Origin: Flavobacteriales bacterium
GTDB lineage: Bacteria; Bacteroidota; Bacteroidia; Flavobacteriales_F; PHOS-HE28
Direction: 5' to 3'
DNA length: 64,000 bases
Assembly (NCBI GenBank): GCA_016703105.1
Contig: JADJCS010000020.1
Span: forward strand, 179,924 to 243,923
The translations under genes were made by a program, and so were the position numbers. Shown here piece after piece: positions 48,886 through 61,000 of this stretch (the first letter of the stretch is position 1; each line of letters starts with the position of its first letter). The notes under the pieces were generated by a model, which was not told the origin of the DNA, ran no database searches, and was given only the letters and a program-made list of their open reading frames with translations.

Positions 48886-50073
48886 ATGATCCTCAAGTAC
48901 CCATATCCATATCGAGCTTGGCTCAGCATCGCCAACGATCCGGACAATACGCTGCTGAAGGATTGGCGTGAACTGGACCAATTGATCTGGAAGGAACTGG
49001 CACTTCCGCTGGCCAACAGTCTCTTCGTGCGGTCGTATAATCGCAACCTGCCGGGCCAGGTGAATTTGGTGGACCACCCCGAGATCGCCGCACAACCGCA
49101 CGATACCATCCATACCTGGGGCGACTACATGCACGCCGGGGCCCGGGGCTTCGAGCGCGCCGATGCCTTGGATGCTATCCAGTTGTTGCGTTCCCACCGG
49201 ATCCAGCCACGGGTATGGATCGATCATGCCCAATTCCTCGGGAATCTATTGCACCATCATTCGCTCGGCGCTACGCCTGAGCTGAAGGATATGTCCGGCC
49301 ACAAATACCCCGTGCTGCAATACACCCTGGACCTGATCGAGGGCCTCGGTATCAAATACATCTGGGATGGTGATGTGGTGGAACTCCTCGGGCAGGACAG
49401 ACCCTTGAGGCCCTATCCCTATTTCCGCGAAGTGTCCACATCCGAATGGAAGGCCGCCGGCAAGTATGCTTTGCACATGGTGGCGCGGAAAAGCGCCCCG
49501 GCCCGCTTGGGTGAGATCAAGGTGCCAAGCAATGAGCAGTATTTTCCCCACCGCTTTCCCGACGGTCGCATCTTGTATTGCTTCCGTCGCTACGGCACTT
49601 GGAAGGAGGCCGACATTTATGGGATCCATCGTTTGATCGCACCGGAGAACATCAGCCGTCTTTTGGCGCTCCATGCGTCATGTATCGTGTACACGCACCT
49701 GGGTAAGCGCCCTGCCGACAAGGTCCACCTGGACCATCACATCCCGGAGAACACACGCAAGGCGTTCGAGGGGCTGGCCCGCAGATACAAGGAGCGCGAA
49801 CTGATGATCTCTCCGGTCTCCGCCATGCTCGACTATTTCGTGCTGCGCGATCATGTGCGCATCAAGTCCCACAGGATCGAGTTCCGGGCGGACGGTATAC
49901 GCTTTGATCGGGTGGAGCCTGTGGACCTGGCCGGCAAGAAGTTCAGTTTCACCACCCACGGGCTCGATCCGGCCCGGGCCTCCATCACTGCGGATGGCAT
50001 GGAGGTCGCTCATCACCTGATACGGGAGAGCGCCCACGTCTTCTCGATCGAATTCCCCCCGATCACGTCATGA
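48886..50073 (+). CDS. Hypothetical protein (395 aa), translationally coupled to the downstream formyltransferase
   Basis: ORF; its stop overlaps the next start (ATGA). No recognisable motif. Confidence 0.55.
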   Translation: MILKYPYPYRAWLSIANDPDNTLLKDWRELDQLIWKELALPLANSLFVRSYNRNLPGQVNLVDHPEIAAQPHDTIHTWGDYMHAGARGFERADALDAIQLLRSHRIQPRVWIDHAQFLGNLLHHHSLGATPELKDMSGHKYPVLQYTLDLIEGLGIKYIWDGDVVELLGQDRPLRPYPYFREVSTSEWKAAGKYALHMVARKSAPARLGEIKVPSNEQYFPHRFPDGRILYCFRRYGTWKEADIYGIHRLIAPENISRLLALHASCIVYTHLGKRPADKVHLDHHIPENTRKAFEGLARRYKERELMISPVSAMLDYFVLRDHVRIKSHRIEFRADGIRFDRVEPVDLAGKKFSFTTHGLDPARASITADGMEVAHHLIRESAHVFSIEFPPITS

Positions 50074-50864
50074 GCATCATCCTGTTGACCAATGTATCGG
50101 ACGAGGCGCACGCGCTGGCGCATCGGATGCGTTCGGTCGGACCGGGGCTGAGCAGAGTGATCGCCACGGAACCGGAGCCGCACACGGCCGGAGCGATCGG
50201 GCGGTTCGCGCGCGGTACCATCGATTGGCTGCGCATGAAGAAGGTCCGCTTGGACCCGAAGGTGCGGGTAGCCCTCGACACAGAAGCCCGGTTGCGGAGA
50301 AAGGCCTGGGGTGAGTTGCACGCTTCGCACTTGATGACAGGCGTGCGCCATCCATTGGCCGGTGTGGAATACACCCACGTAAGCGATATGAATTCCAAGG
50401 AGGTGGTGGACCTGTTGGAGCGCGAACGGCCGGAGCTCTTGTTGGTGTATGGGACCAAGATCCTGAGGGAGCCCGTGCTGCGCACCGCACGGCGCGGCGT
50501 GTTGAACGCGCATTGTTCCATACTGCCGGAGTACCGTGGTGTTCGTTCCGAATTCTGGCAGTGCCACGACGAGGCCTATGACCATGTGGGCATCACTATC
50601 CACTTGGTGGACATTGGTGTGGATACCGGCATGTTGCTTTTCCAACACCGCACGGAGATAGGCTCGGGCCCCGATCCCTTCAACCTGCGCACCCGCAATA
50701 CCCTCGCGGTGATCGAGCACTATCCGGCCGTCGCGAAAGCCTTCCTGGCGGGTGAAATACTGCCCGTGCCGCAGCCGCAGGGCCTCACTCGCACGTTCCG
50801 GGGTACGGATATCACGCTCGAACGAAAGGTGGCCCTCTATGGTCGCCTTGCCGCCAGGATGTGA
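50070..50864 (+). CDS. Formyltransferase-family protein (Fmt/PurN-like N-terminal catalytic domain)
   Basis: 'GVLNAHCSILPEYRGVRS' matches the formyltransferase 'N.H.SLLP..RG' catalytic motif. Confidence 0.7.
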   Translation: MSIILLTNVSDEAHALAHRMRSVGPGLSRVIATEPEPHTAGAIGRFARGTIDWLRMKKVRLDPKVRVALDTEARLRRKAWGELHASHLMTGVRHPLAGVEYTHVSDMNSKEVVDLLERERPELLLVYGTKILREPVLRTARRGVLNAHCSILPEYRGVRSEFWQCHDEAYDHVGITIHLVDIGVDTGMLLFQHRTEIGSGPDPFNLRTRNTLAVIEHYPAVAKAFLAGEILPVPQPQGLTRTFRGTDITLERKVALYGRLAARM

Positions 50865-50902
50865 TCGTGGCGTGATAGATTTGATCGAACATTTCCCTCC
50901 TC

Positions 50903-52294
50903 ATGCGGAATATCTCGCTCTTTCTCCTCTCTAGTGTGGCCCTGACCCCGGTCGTGCGGGCCCAACAGCAGATCATCAATGGTGGCTTCGAGGATTGGTC
51001 GTTCCGCACCGCGTTCGAGCAGTTGGACGATTGGAGCACGGGTAACTTCACCCTGCCCGGTGTGGAGACCACTACCAAAGTGCCCGGGCACACGGGTGCT
51101 TTCGCCGCGCGGCTGGAAACGCAGACCGATGGGGTCAACACCGTGTTCGGGTTCATCCTCCACGGCGAGTTCGTGAACGATATCCCGACCGGAGGCGTTC
51201 TGTTCACCACCGCGATCGATGCGGTGGAAGGATGGTACCGGTACGACGTGCAACCCGGAGATTCGGCCGTGGTCGCGGTGGGCATTTGGAGCACAGGCGT
51301 GTTCGCGGTGTTCGATGTGCATACCATCGGTGGTTCGCAATCCACATGGACCCCGTTCAGTTTTCCGGTGAACCAGGGTGTGCCCATCGCCCCGGATAGT
51401 GTGGTGGTGGCGGTGGTGAGTTCGAACCCCTACACACCGGGTTCCACTATGGCGGGATCGTGGATTGAGGTGGATGGCCTCACGTTGACATCCACCATCA
51501 CGCCCGTTCCCGATGTGCTGCCGAACAGCGACCTTGAACAATGGACCCTCGTACAGACCGAGGAGGCCGATGATTGGTACTCGCTCAACCCGTTCCTCTT
51601 CGCGTATGGAGCCACCAATGTGACCAAGGACAACCAGCCGAACAGCGGTGCCTATGCGGTACGTATCGAGACCCTTGGGGTCGCGGGAGACACCCTGCCC
51701 GGGTTGCTCACGAACGGACCGATCAATATGCAAGGCGGCAGTAGCGGTGTGCCGTACACGGATATGCCGGTCGCGCTGCACGGTGCCCTGCGGTATGCGC
51801 CCGCTGGCGCGGATTCCGCGGTCCTGTTCGCCATTTTCACTAATGCCGGTGTTGTTGTAGGGAGCGCGTTCACGTATTTCACCGCGGCCACGCCCAACTG
51901 GACCCCCTTCACCGTCCCGGTCTTCATCGGCTCAGCGCCCGATAGCCTGACCATCACGATCTACACGGGGAACCATCCGGGTTCGCAACTCTGGCTGGAC
52001 GATCTGGAGTTCGAGTTCCTCCCCACCGCGATCACCGAGCGGAATATGGAAGCGCCGCGCATCTTTCCCAACCCGGTCACCGAGGCATCCGTCGTTGCGC
52101 TGCACGGTGCGCTTCTCACGCGACAGGAGTGGAGCATCGTGGACGGCCGCGGCCGGCCGGTGCAGGTGGGGTCCTACGGGAGCGCTTCGCAGGAACTGTT
52201 GCATGTTGGGGCCGATGCTTTACCATCGGGTGCGTACTGGTTGCGTTTGGAGTTGAACGGAACGCCCAGGATGCTGCCTTTCTTGAAGCGATGA
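50903..52294 (+). CDS. Secreted T9SS type-A sorting domain protein
   Basis: Signal peptide 'MRNISLFLLSSVALTPVVRAQ'. C-terminal 'RIFPNPVTEASVV...LPSGAYWLRLELNG' tail. Confidence 0.75.
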   Translation: MRNISLFLLSSVALTPVVRAQQQIINGGFEDWSFRTAFEQLDDWSTGNFTLPGVETTTKVPGHTGAFAARLETQTDGVNTVFGFILHGEFVNDIPTGGVLFTTAIDAVEGWYRYDVQPGDSAVVAVGIWSTGVFAVFDVHTIGGSQSTWTPFSFPVNQGVPIAPDSVVVAVVSSNPYTPGSTMAGSWIEVDGLTLTSTITPVPDVLPNSDLEQWTLVQTEEADDWYSLNPFLFAYGATNVTKDNQPNSGAYAVRIETLGVAGDTLPGLLTNGPINMQGGSSGVPYTDMPVALHGALRYAPAGADSAVLFAIFTNAGVVVGSAFTYFTAATPNWTPFTVPVFIGSAPDSLTITIYTGNHPGSQLWLDDLEFEFLPTAITERNMEAPRIFPNPVTEASVVALHGALLTRQEWSIVDGRGRPVQVGSYGSASQELLHVGADALPSGAYWLRLELNGTPRMLPFLKR

Positions 52295-52596
52295 ACGTCG
52301 CGTTCGGCGCGCTGTTGATGCGTGCGGAGGTGTGATCAACGGGGAACAATGTGCGCTGGATCGGCGCACACGCTCCTGTTAACAAGTGTGAACCGTACTG
52401 CGGAAGCTCCTTTGGGGTGCGGCCTAGGTTTGCGCGGCACCTTGCCGGAACATGTGCGGTGCGCATCGTGCGAAGGTCCTGACCGGCCCCTTTTCGCCGG
52501 GACACAGGCCCCACGAGCGGATCGCATAGGCAAGCCCTAGGCCGGTCGAACGACCGATCCTTTGTTCCGGACGGGTAGCTCCTTACCGGTTGGTAC

Positions 52597-55038
52597 ATGG
52601 CTGAACACGGACCCTCTTCGAACGCGGCACGCTCCCTGCGCACCGCCCTGACCCGAACCCTTCGCCCGCTCCTGATCGCGGCTTCCGTTCTGCTGCTTGC
52701 GCAGCAGGAGGCCCGTGCCACCCATGCCATGGGTGGTGAGTTGAGCTACGACTGCATCGGCCCCAACCTCTACAAGGTCTCGCTGAATTTCTACCGCGAT
52801 TGCAATGGTGTCGCCGCACCCACCAACTGCAACAACGGGCTCGAGTTCAATGTTCGCAGCCCGCAGTGCGGCGCCAATTTCAACCAGTGCTTCGCCTTCG
52901 AAAGCGTGCAGGTGATCACGCCGATCTGCGCGAGCGAGACGGATCGATGCCTCAACCCGGGCGGTACCTACGGCGTGGAGAAGTACACCTACTCCAAGAT
53001 CGTCAACCTCGCTGCTTGGGCGGGTTGCGGCACCGATTGGACCTTCAGTTGGTCCCTGTGCTGTCGCAACAACGCGATCACATCGCTCACCAATCCGGGT
53101 AATCAGAACCTCTACCTGGACGCGACCATGAACAATACGTTGGGCGTATGCAACAGTTCGCCCGACTTCCTTACCAACCCGACGCCCTTCTACTGCCTCG
53201 GCCAATCGGTGAGCTACAATCCCGGCGCGTTCGATGTGGATGGTGATTCGCTCGTTTTCCAACTCATCGCCGCGCGCGGTGCCAATGGCAACAACCTCAC
53301 CTATGCCGCGAACTACAGTGCGGCTCAGCCGGTGCGGAACTCAGGGGGTATCAACGCGGTGCAGTTGAACGCGCAGACCGGCACCATGACCGTGGTGCCC
53401 AGTGTGCTCCAGGTGGCCGTGGTGACCTACCGCGTGCGCGAATACCGCAATGGTGTGCAGATCGGTACGGTGACGCGGGATATACAGGTGGTGGTGCGCG
53501 CATGTGCGGGCAATACCGCTCCCACCGCCTCCGGCGTGAACGGCACCACGAACTACAGTACGAGCGTCTGCGCCGGAACACCCATCACCTTCACCGTCAA
53601 CTCCAGTGATCCGAACGTTGGACAGAACGTGACGATGTCCTGGAACAGCGGGATACCGACCGCGAGTTTCACCATCGCCGGTTCGCCGTTCCCCACAGGT
53701 ACCTTCAACTGGACGCCCACGGTCGGCGACATCGGTAACAATGTGTTCACCGTGAACGTGGTGGACGATGCGTGCCCACTGATCGGCACCAACGATTTCG
53801 GGTTCTCCGTGACCGTTACCCCACCCTTCACCGCAGCGGCCGCCGGACCTGATCAAAGTGTTTGCGGCGCGAGCGCGACACTTGCCGCGCAACTTCCCTT
53901 CAACCAGGTGCAGGGTACCTGGTCCGTGGTATCCGGCAGCGGGGTCTTCGCCAATGCGAACGATCCCAACACCACGGTGAGCGGTTTGGCACAAGGCGCC
54001 AACGTGTTCCAATGGAGCGTGAACTATCTCACGTGCGGCATCGCCACCGACCAGGTGACGGTCACCTCCTTCAACGCTGGCCAGGCGGCTTCGAACGCCG
54101 GTGCGGACCAATCGCTCTGCCTGCCTGCCAACAGCACCAACCTTGCCGCCAACACCGCCGTGGCACCTGCGGTGGGAACATGGATCCTGGTGGGCGGTAC
54201 AGGCAACATCACCGCGCCGAACAGTCCCACCAGCACTGTAACGGGATTGAGCATCGGGGCGAACACTTTCCGCTGGACCATCAACAACGGTCCTTGCGGT
54301 GCGCCCACGCAGGACGAAGTGACGGTATTCGTCTTCGACAACGCGCAGGCCGCCGCCAATGCCGGCCCGGACCAACAGCTCTGCACGCCCACCACGAGCA
54401 CCACGCTCGCGGGCAACGCGCCCACCTTCCCCGCGACCGGCGTATGGACGGTGCAACAGGGCACGGGTGTGTTCGCCAATGCGAACAGTCCCAGCTCGGG
54501 GGTGAGCGGTCTCAGCATCGGCGTGAACCGGTTCCGCTGGACCATCAACAACGGTCCTTGCGCGCCGCCCACCACCAACGATGATGTGATCATCACGGTG
54601 TTCAACGCCGCGAGCCCGAACGCCAACGCAGGTCCCGATCTGCAACTGTGCGCGCCGCCCAACAGCATCACCATCACCGGGAACACACCGCTCGCCCCGG
54701 CCACGGGTGTATGGACCCTGGTGAGCGGGCAGGGCAGCATCACCAGCCCCAATAACCCGAGCACCTTGCTCACCAACCTCGGCCTCGGGGTGAACGTGTT
54801 CCAATGGACGGTGAACAACGGCCCCTGCGCGAACGGGGTCACCACCGACCAGATGAGCGTCACGGTGTTCAGCAATGCCTCGCCCGCCGCGAACGCGGGC
54901 GCGGACCAGGACATCTGCTCGAACAATAACAGCACCTTCCTCACCGGCAACACGCCCATTTCCCCGCGCTCGGCACCTGGACGTTGGAGAGCGGCAGCGG
55001 CACCATCGTATCGATCAACGATCCCGGCACACAGGTGA
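52597..55038 (+). CDS. SprB-like giant repeat adhesin, N-terminal part (813 aa). The frame breaks at the C4 run ~54962-54965 and continues in ORF 54984..62363.
   Basis: Signal peptide, then ~92-aa repeats 'AGPDQ.LC.P..ST.L.G......TG.W..V.G.G........P...V..L..G.N.F.W.V.NGPC'. The last ~25 aa go out of the repeat pattern, while the +1 frame restores it. Confidence 0.75.
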   Translation: MAEHGPSSNAARSLRTALTRTLRPLLIAASVLLLAQQEARATHAMGGELSYDCIGPNLYKVSLNFYRDCNGVAAPTNCNNGLEFNVRSPQCGANFNQCFAFESVQVITPICASETDRCLNPGGTYGVEKYTYSKIVNLAAWAGCGTDWTFSWSLCCRNNAITSLTNPGNQNLYLDATMNNTLGVCNSSPDFLTNPTPFYCLGQSVSYNPGAFDVDGDSLVFQLIAARGANGNNLTYAANYSAAQPVRNSGGINAVQLNAQTGTMTVVPSVLQVAVVTYRVREYRNGVQIGTVTRDIQVVVRACAGNTAPTASGVNGTTNYSTSVCAGTPITFTVNSSDPNVGQNVTMSWNSGIPTASFTIAGSPFPTGTFNWTPTVGDIGNNVFTVNVVDDACPLIGTNDFGFSVTVTPPFTAAAAGPDQSVCGASATLAAQLPFNQVQGTWSVVSGSGVFANANDPNTTVSGLAQGANVFQWSVNYLTCGIATDQVTVTSFNAGQAASNAGADQSLCLPANSTNLAANTAVAPAVGTWILVGGTGNITAPNSPTSTVTGLSIGANTFRWTINNGPCGAPTQDEVTVFVFDNAQAAANAGPDQQLCTPTTSTTLAGNAPTFPATGVWTVQQGTGVFANANSPSSGVSGLSIGVNRFRWTINNGPCAPPTTNDDVIITVFNAASPNANAGPDLQLCAPPNSITITGNTPLAPATGVWTLVSGQGSITSPNNPSTLLTNLGLGVNVFQWTVNNGPCANGVTTDQMSVTVFSNASPAANAGADQDICSNNNSTFLTGNTPISPRSAPGRWRAAAAPSYRSTIPAHR

Positions 55039-58000
55039 CCGGCCTCGGCATCGGCAACAACGTGTTCCGCTGGACTGTGAACAACGGTCCTTGCGCCGTG
55101 GGCATCACCTTCGATCTGGTCACCATCCATGTGTATGATGAGAACCAGGCGCCCGCCAACGCCGGACCCGACCAGAGCATCTGTTCCAACACGCCCTCTA
55201 CTTCGCTCGCGGGCAATGCGCCCACGGTGCCCGCCACCGGCACCTGGTCGTTGATCAGCGGGCAGGGCAATATCGTATCCCCCAACAACCCGAACAGCCT
55301 GGTGACGGGATTGGGAGTGGGGGCGAACGTGTTCGAATGGACGGTGGACAATGGCCCCTGCCAGAACCCGATCTCCACGGATCAAGTCACGATCTCTGTG
55401 TACGACGTGGCCAATCCCGTTGCGAACGCGGGTGCGGATCAATCGCTCTGCGGAAGTACCTCCACGACACTCTCCGGCAGCACCGTGATCGCACCGGCCA
55501 TCGGAACCTGGACCCTGGTGAGCGGCAACGGCACGGTAGCCTCACCGAACGCACCCAACACGCAGATCACCGGTATGACCGTGGGTGCGAACGTGTTCCG
55601 TTGGACCGTGGACAACGGCCCGTGCGGGGCACCGACGCAGGATGATGTCACCGTTCTTGTGTTCGATCCGAACCAGCCTGCGGCCAATGCGGGTGTTGAT
55701 CAACAACTCTGTACGCCGACCACGAGCACCTCGGTGACCGGTAGTTCGGTGACATTCCCCGGTACAGGTGTGTGGACGGTGGTTAGTGGTACAGCCACCA
55801 TCACCACACCCAATAGCAGTACCACCACCGTTACCGGTCTGGGTGTGGGTGCGATCGTATTGCAGTGGACCGTGAACAACGGTCCATGTGGGGCGCCGAC
55901 CAATGATCAGGTCACGATCACGCTCTTCGACAGCAATACACCCATTGCGGATGCGGGGCCCGATCAAGAGATCTGCATCCCGACCTTCCCTTCGGAGGTT
56001 ACCCTCTCTGGAAGTCCGGTGATCGCACCCGCTGTGGGCACCTGGACCTTGGTGAGCGGCGCCGGGAACATTGTCGACCCGAACAGCCCGTTCACCTTGG
56101 TGACCGGATTGGCAGTGGGGGTGAACGTGTTCCGTTGGACAGTTGACAATGGTGCTTGCGCCAATTCGCTCACCACCGATGAGGTGTCCATCTTCGTGTT
56201 CGATGCGGCCAACCCAGTGGCCAATGCGGGTCCGGACCAGAGCCTTTGCACCCCGATCAGCACCACGGTGCTCAGTGGTTCCTCGCTGATCGTGCCGGCC
56301 ACCGGAACATGGACGTTGGTGAGCGGCACCGGCGTGATCGTGTCACCCAACGACCCGAACAGCCAAGTGACCGGTCTCACCGTGGGCTCCAATGTGTTCG
56401 CGTGGACCGTGAGCAATGGTCCCTGCGCGAACCCGATCACCACGGACCAGGTCACCATCAACATCTTCAATGGCAGTGCGCAACCGGCCGAGGCAGGACC
56501 GGACCAGACCGTATGCAGTACCACCACCACGGTGACCATGGCGGGCAATGCGCCGACCGGCCTGGCCACCGGAAGCTGGAGCGTGATCACCGGCACGGCC
56601 AATTTCACCGATGCCACCAGCGCCAGCACCACCGTAACGGGCTTGAGCGTGGGCACAAACACCCTGCAATGGACGATCGATAACGGCGCGTGCGGATTGA
56701 GCTCCGACCTCATGATCGTTACGGTGTTCGACTCCAACCAGGCCAACGCCGCTGCCGGACCGGATCAGCAGATCTGCATCCCCGATGTGCCCAACCAAGT
56801 GGCCATGGCCGGCAATGCGATCACCTTCCCAGCGGTGGGCACATGGACCTTGGTGAGCGGCGCGGGCACGATCCTCGACCCCAATGATCCCAACACCGTG
56901 ATCACCGGACTGGCGGTGGGCACCAACGTGTTCCAATGGACCATCCTCAACGGTCCCTGCGCGAACGGGAACACGAACGATCAAGTGACGGTCACGGTCT
57001 TCGACGCCGGTATCGCCGCCGCGAATGCCGGGCCCGACCAGGATCTTTGCACGCCGACCACAACCACCGTGATGGCAGGTAGCACGGTAGCCTTCCCAGC
57101 GGTGGGCACATGGACCGTGGTGCAGGGTGCCGGGGTGGTGATCGTTTCGCCGAACAGCCCCACTACACAAGTGACCGGGCTGCAAGTAGGGGAGACCATA
57201 CTCCGTTGGGCGGTGGACAATGGTGTGTGCGCCGCGCCTTCGGCGGATACGGTGAGCGTCTTCCTCTTCGATGCCAACAACCCGAACGCCAACGCCGGTG
57301 CGGACCAAGAGCTTTGCATCCTTACGACCGCCAGTGTACTGAGCGGTAGCGACATCACCTTCCCGGCGACCGGCACATGGACCGTGATCGCGGGCTCCGG
57401 CGTTTTCTCAGATCCCAATGCGGCCTTCACCAACCTCTCCGGCTATAGCATAGGTGTGAACCTCTATACATGGACGGTAGACAACGGCCCTTGCGCGAAT
57501 GGCATCACCACCGACACCGTGCAGGTAACGGTGTACGACAATACGAACCTGGTGAGCAACGCTGGGCCCGATCAGGAGTACTGCACTCCCGATGATGCCG
57601 CCACATTGGACGGTAGCGAACTGAGTCTCCCGGCCACGGGCTTGTGGACCTTGGTCAATGGTACCGCGATCATCACCGATCCTAACGATCCGAACACCAC
57701 GGTGACCGACCTGGGCATCGGCATCAACACCTTCAACTGGCAGGTGGACAACGGGCCGTGCGTCAATGGCATCACCAACGACCAAGTGAGTATCCTGGTG
57801 TTCGATGCCACCAACCCTGCCGCCGATGCCGGACCCGATCAGGAGCTCTGCACGCCGAACACGAGCACGGTGATGGCGGGCAGCAACTTGATCACGCCCG
57901 CCACCGGTACCTGGACCCTGATCAGCGGACAGGGCACCATCGCCGACGCGAACAGCCCGACCACCGCGATCTCGAACCTGGCCATCGGTGAGAACGTGTT

Positions 58001-61000
58001 CGAATGGACCGTGAGCAATGGCCCATGCGCCAACCCGCTCACCACCGATCAAGTGAGCATCTTCGTGTTCGACGAGAACAACCCGGTGGCCAACGCCGGT
58101 CCCGACCAGGAGATCTGCACTCCGATAGTGAACGCCACCCTGGCCGGCAGTGCGATCACTTTCCCGGCACAAGGCACTTGGACGCTGGTGAGCGGACAAG
58201 GAACGATCGCCGACCCGAACGATCCCGCTACCACGGTGAGCGACCTGGCCGTGGGCGAGAACATCTTTGAGTGGACGGTGAGCAATGGGCCATGCGCCAA
58301 TGGCCTCACCACCGACCAGGTGAGCATCTTCCTCTTCGATGGCACCAACGCGAACGCCGATGCGGGACCGGATCAGGAACTATGCACACCGAACCTGAGC
58401 ACCACGCTCGCGGGCAACGCACCGATCTTCCCTGCTGCCGGATCATGGTCACTGGTGAGCGGTCAAGGCGATATCACCGATCCCACCGATCCCAACTCCG
58501 GTGTGACCAACCTCGCTGTGGGCGAGAACGTGTTCGCCTGGACCGTGGACAACGGCCCCTGCACCAACGGCATCACCACCGATCAGGTGAGCATCTTCGT
58601 GTTCGACGAGTTCAACCCGAACGCGGACGCTGGTCCGGATCAGGAGTTGTGCGCGCCGGACAACAGCACCACGCTCGCGGGAAGCGCGCTCACCTTCCCG
58701 GCCTCCGGGCTCTGGACCGTCGTAAGTGGTACGGTCACCATCCTCGATCCCACCGATCCCAACTCCGCGGTCACCGATCTGGTGGTGGGTGAGGTGATCC
58801 TCGAGTGGACGGTGAGCAATGGCCCATGCGCCAATGGTATCACCACGGACCAGGTCTCCATCCAGGTGTACGATCCGAACAACAACGTGGCGAGCGCCGG
58901 TCCCGATCAGGATCTCTGCACACCGACCACCAGCGCGGTGCTCACGGCGAGCACCACCACCTTCCCATCGGTGGGTACGTGGACGGTGATCAATGGTGGC
59001 GGCACGTTCGTGGACGACAACGATCCAGCCACTACCGTGAACGGATTGCTCGTGGGCGAGAACATCCTGGTGTGGACCGTGGACAACGGCCCTTGCGTGA
59101 ACGGCATCACCAGCGATACGCTGAGCATCTTCCTCTATGACGAGAACAACCCGGTGGCCAACGCGGGACCCGATCAGGAACTGTGCGAGCCCAACACGAG
59201 CACCACTTTCGCGGGAAGCGCTTTGACCTTCCCCGCCACGGGCACCTGGACCTTGGTGACCGGCACCGGCGACATCGCCGATCCGAGCGATCCGAACAGC
59301 GCGGTCTCGAACCTGACCGTGGGCGAGAACGTGTTCCTCTGGACGGTGAGCAACGGACCGTGCAACAACCCGATCACCACCGATCTGGTGAGCATCTTCC
59401 TCTTCGACGATGGTAACCCCGATGCCAACGCCGGTCCCGATCAAGACATCTGCACACCGATCACCAGTGCTACCATGAGCGGCAGCGCGGTGACCTTCCC
59501 CGCAGTGGGCACTTGGGTGCTCGTGAACGGCCAGGGGATCATCACCGATCCGAACAGCCCCACCACCACGATCACGGGCCTGGGCATCGGCCTGAACGAG
59601 TTCAGCTGGACGGTGGACAACGGTCCCTGCGCGAACGGTATCACTACGGACAATGTGGTGATCCAACTCTTCGACGAGAACGCACCGCCCGCCAACGCCG
59701 GCCCTGACCAGGAGCTCTGCGCTCCGGACAATACCGTCCTCATGGTGGGCAACCCACCGGTGGGTGTGGCGCAAGGCACCTGGACGGTGATCCTGGGGGC
59801 CGGCAACATCGTCGACCCGAACGATCCCCTTACGGAGATCAACGGCATCCCCATCGGCGAGAACCAGTTCGTGTGGACCATGGACAACAGCGTGTGCGGC
59901 ATCAGCCGCGATACGATGAGCGTGTTCGTGTTCGATCCGAGCAACCCGCAGGCCGATGCCGGCCCGGACCAGGAGCTCTGTGTGCCGACGGACAGCACGT
60001 ACATGGCCGGTAACACGCCCATCTTCCCAGCTTCCGGTACATGGACCGTGATCACGGGAACGGGTGTGTTCCCCGATCCCACGGATCCGGGCGCCTTGGT
60101 GAACAACCTGAGCATTGGGGTGAACACCTTCCGCTGGACCACCAGCAACGGGCCCTGCGCGAACTCGATCACCTTCGATGACATCAACGTGATCCTCTTC
60201 GATGACAGCACCTCCGCCGCCGATGCCGGTCCCGACCAGGAAGTGTGCCTGCCGCTCACCAGCACCGTGATGGCCGCGGCCGTGCCGCAGTTGCCCGCCA
60301 CCGGTTCCTGGAGTTTGTTGAGCGGCACGGGCGATATCGTCGATCCCGCCAACCCGGCTTCCGTGATCAACAACCTCGACGTGGGGATCAACGTGTTCGT
60401 GTGGACCCTCGACAACGGGCCCTGCCCGCCGAACGGGATCATGACGGATACGATGAGCATCTACGTCTATGATCCCGCCGCCCCGACGGCCAACGCCGGC
60501 CCGGACCAGTTCCAGTGTACGCCCGATCTGGATGCCATGATGTTCGGCAACATCCCCGCCGATCCCGGTGTGGGCACCTGGACGCTGGCGAGCGGCACGG
60601 GCACCATCACCCAGCCGAACAATCCCTTCACGCTGATCACGGACATGGCGGTGGGCGAGAACATCTTCGTGTGGACCATCTACAATGGTCAGTGCGGCTT
60701 CGGTCCGCCGAGCACGGACACCATGAGCGTGTTCGTCTACGACGAGAACCAGCCGCCCGCGCAGACCGGTAACGATCTGGAGCTCTGCACGCCGACCACC
60801 AGTGCTGTGCTCACCGCCAACGATCCGATCTTCCCGGCCACCGGACAGTGGATCGTGGTGCAGGGCGGCGGTTCGCTGGCCGATCCCGCCGATCCCAACA
60901 CCGCCGTGTTCAACCTCACCGTGGGTGACAACGTGTTCGTGTGGACCATCGACAACGGGCCGTGCCCGAACGCGATCACCAACGATACGATGACCGTCGT

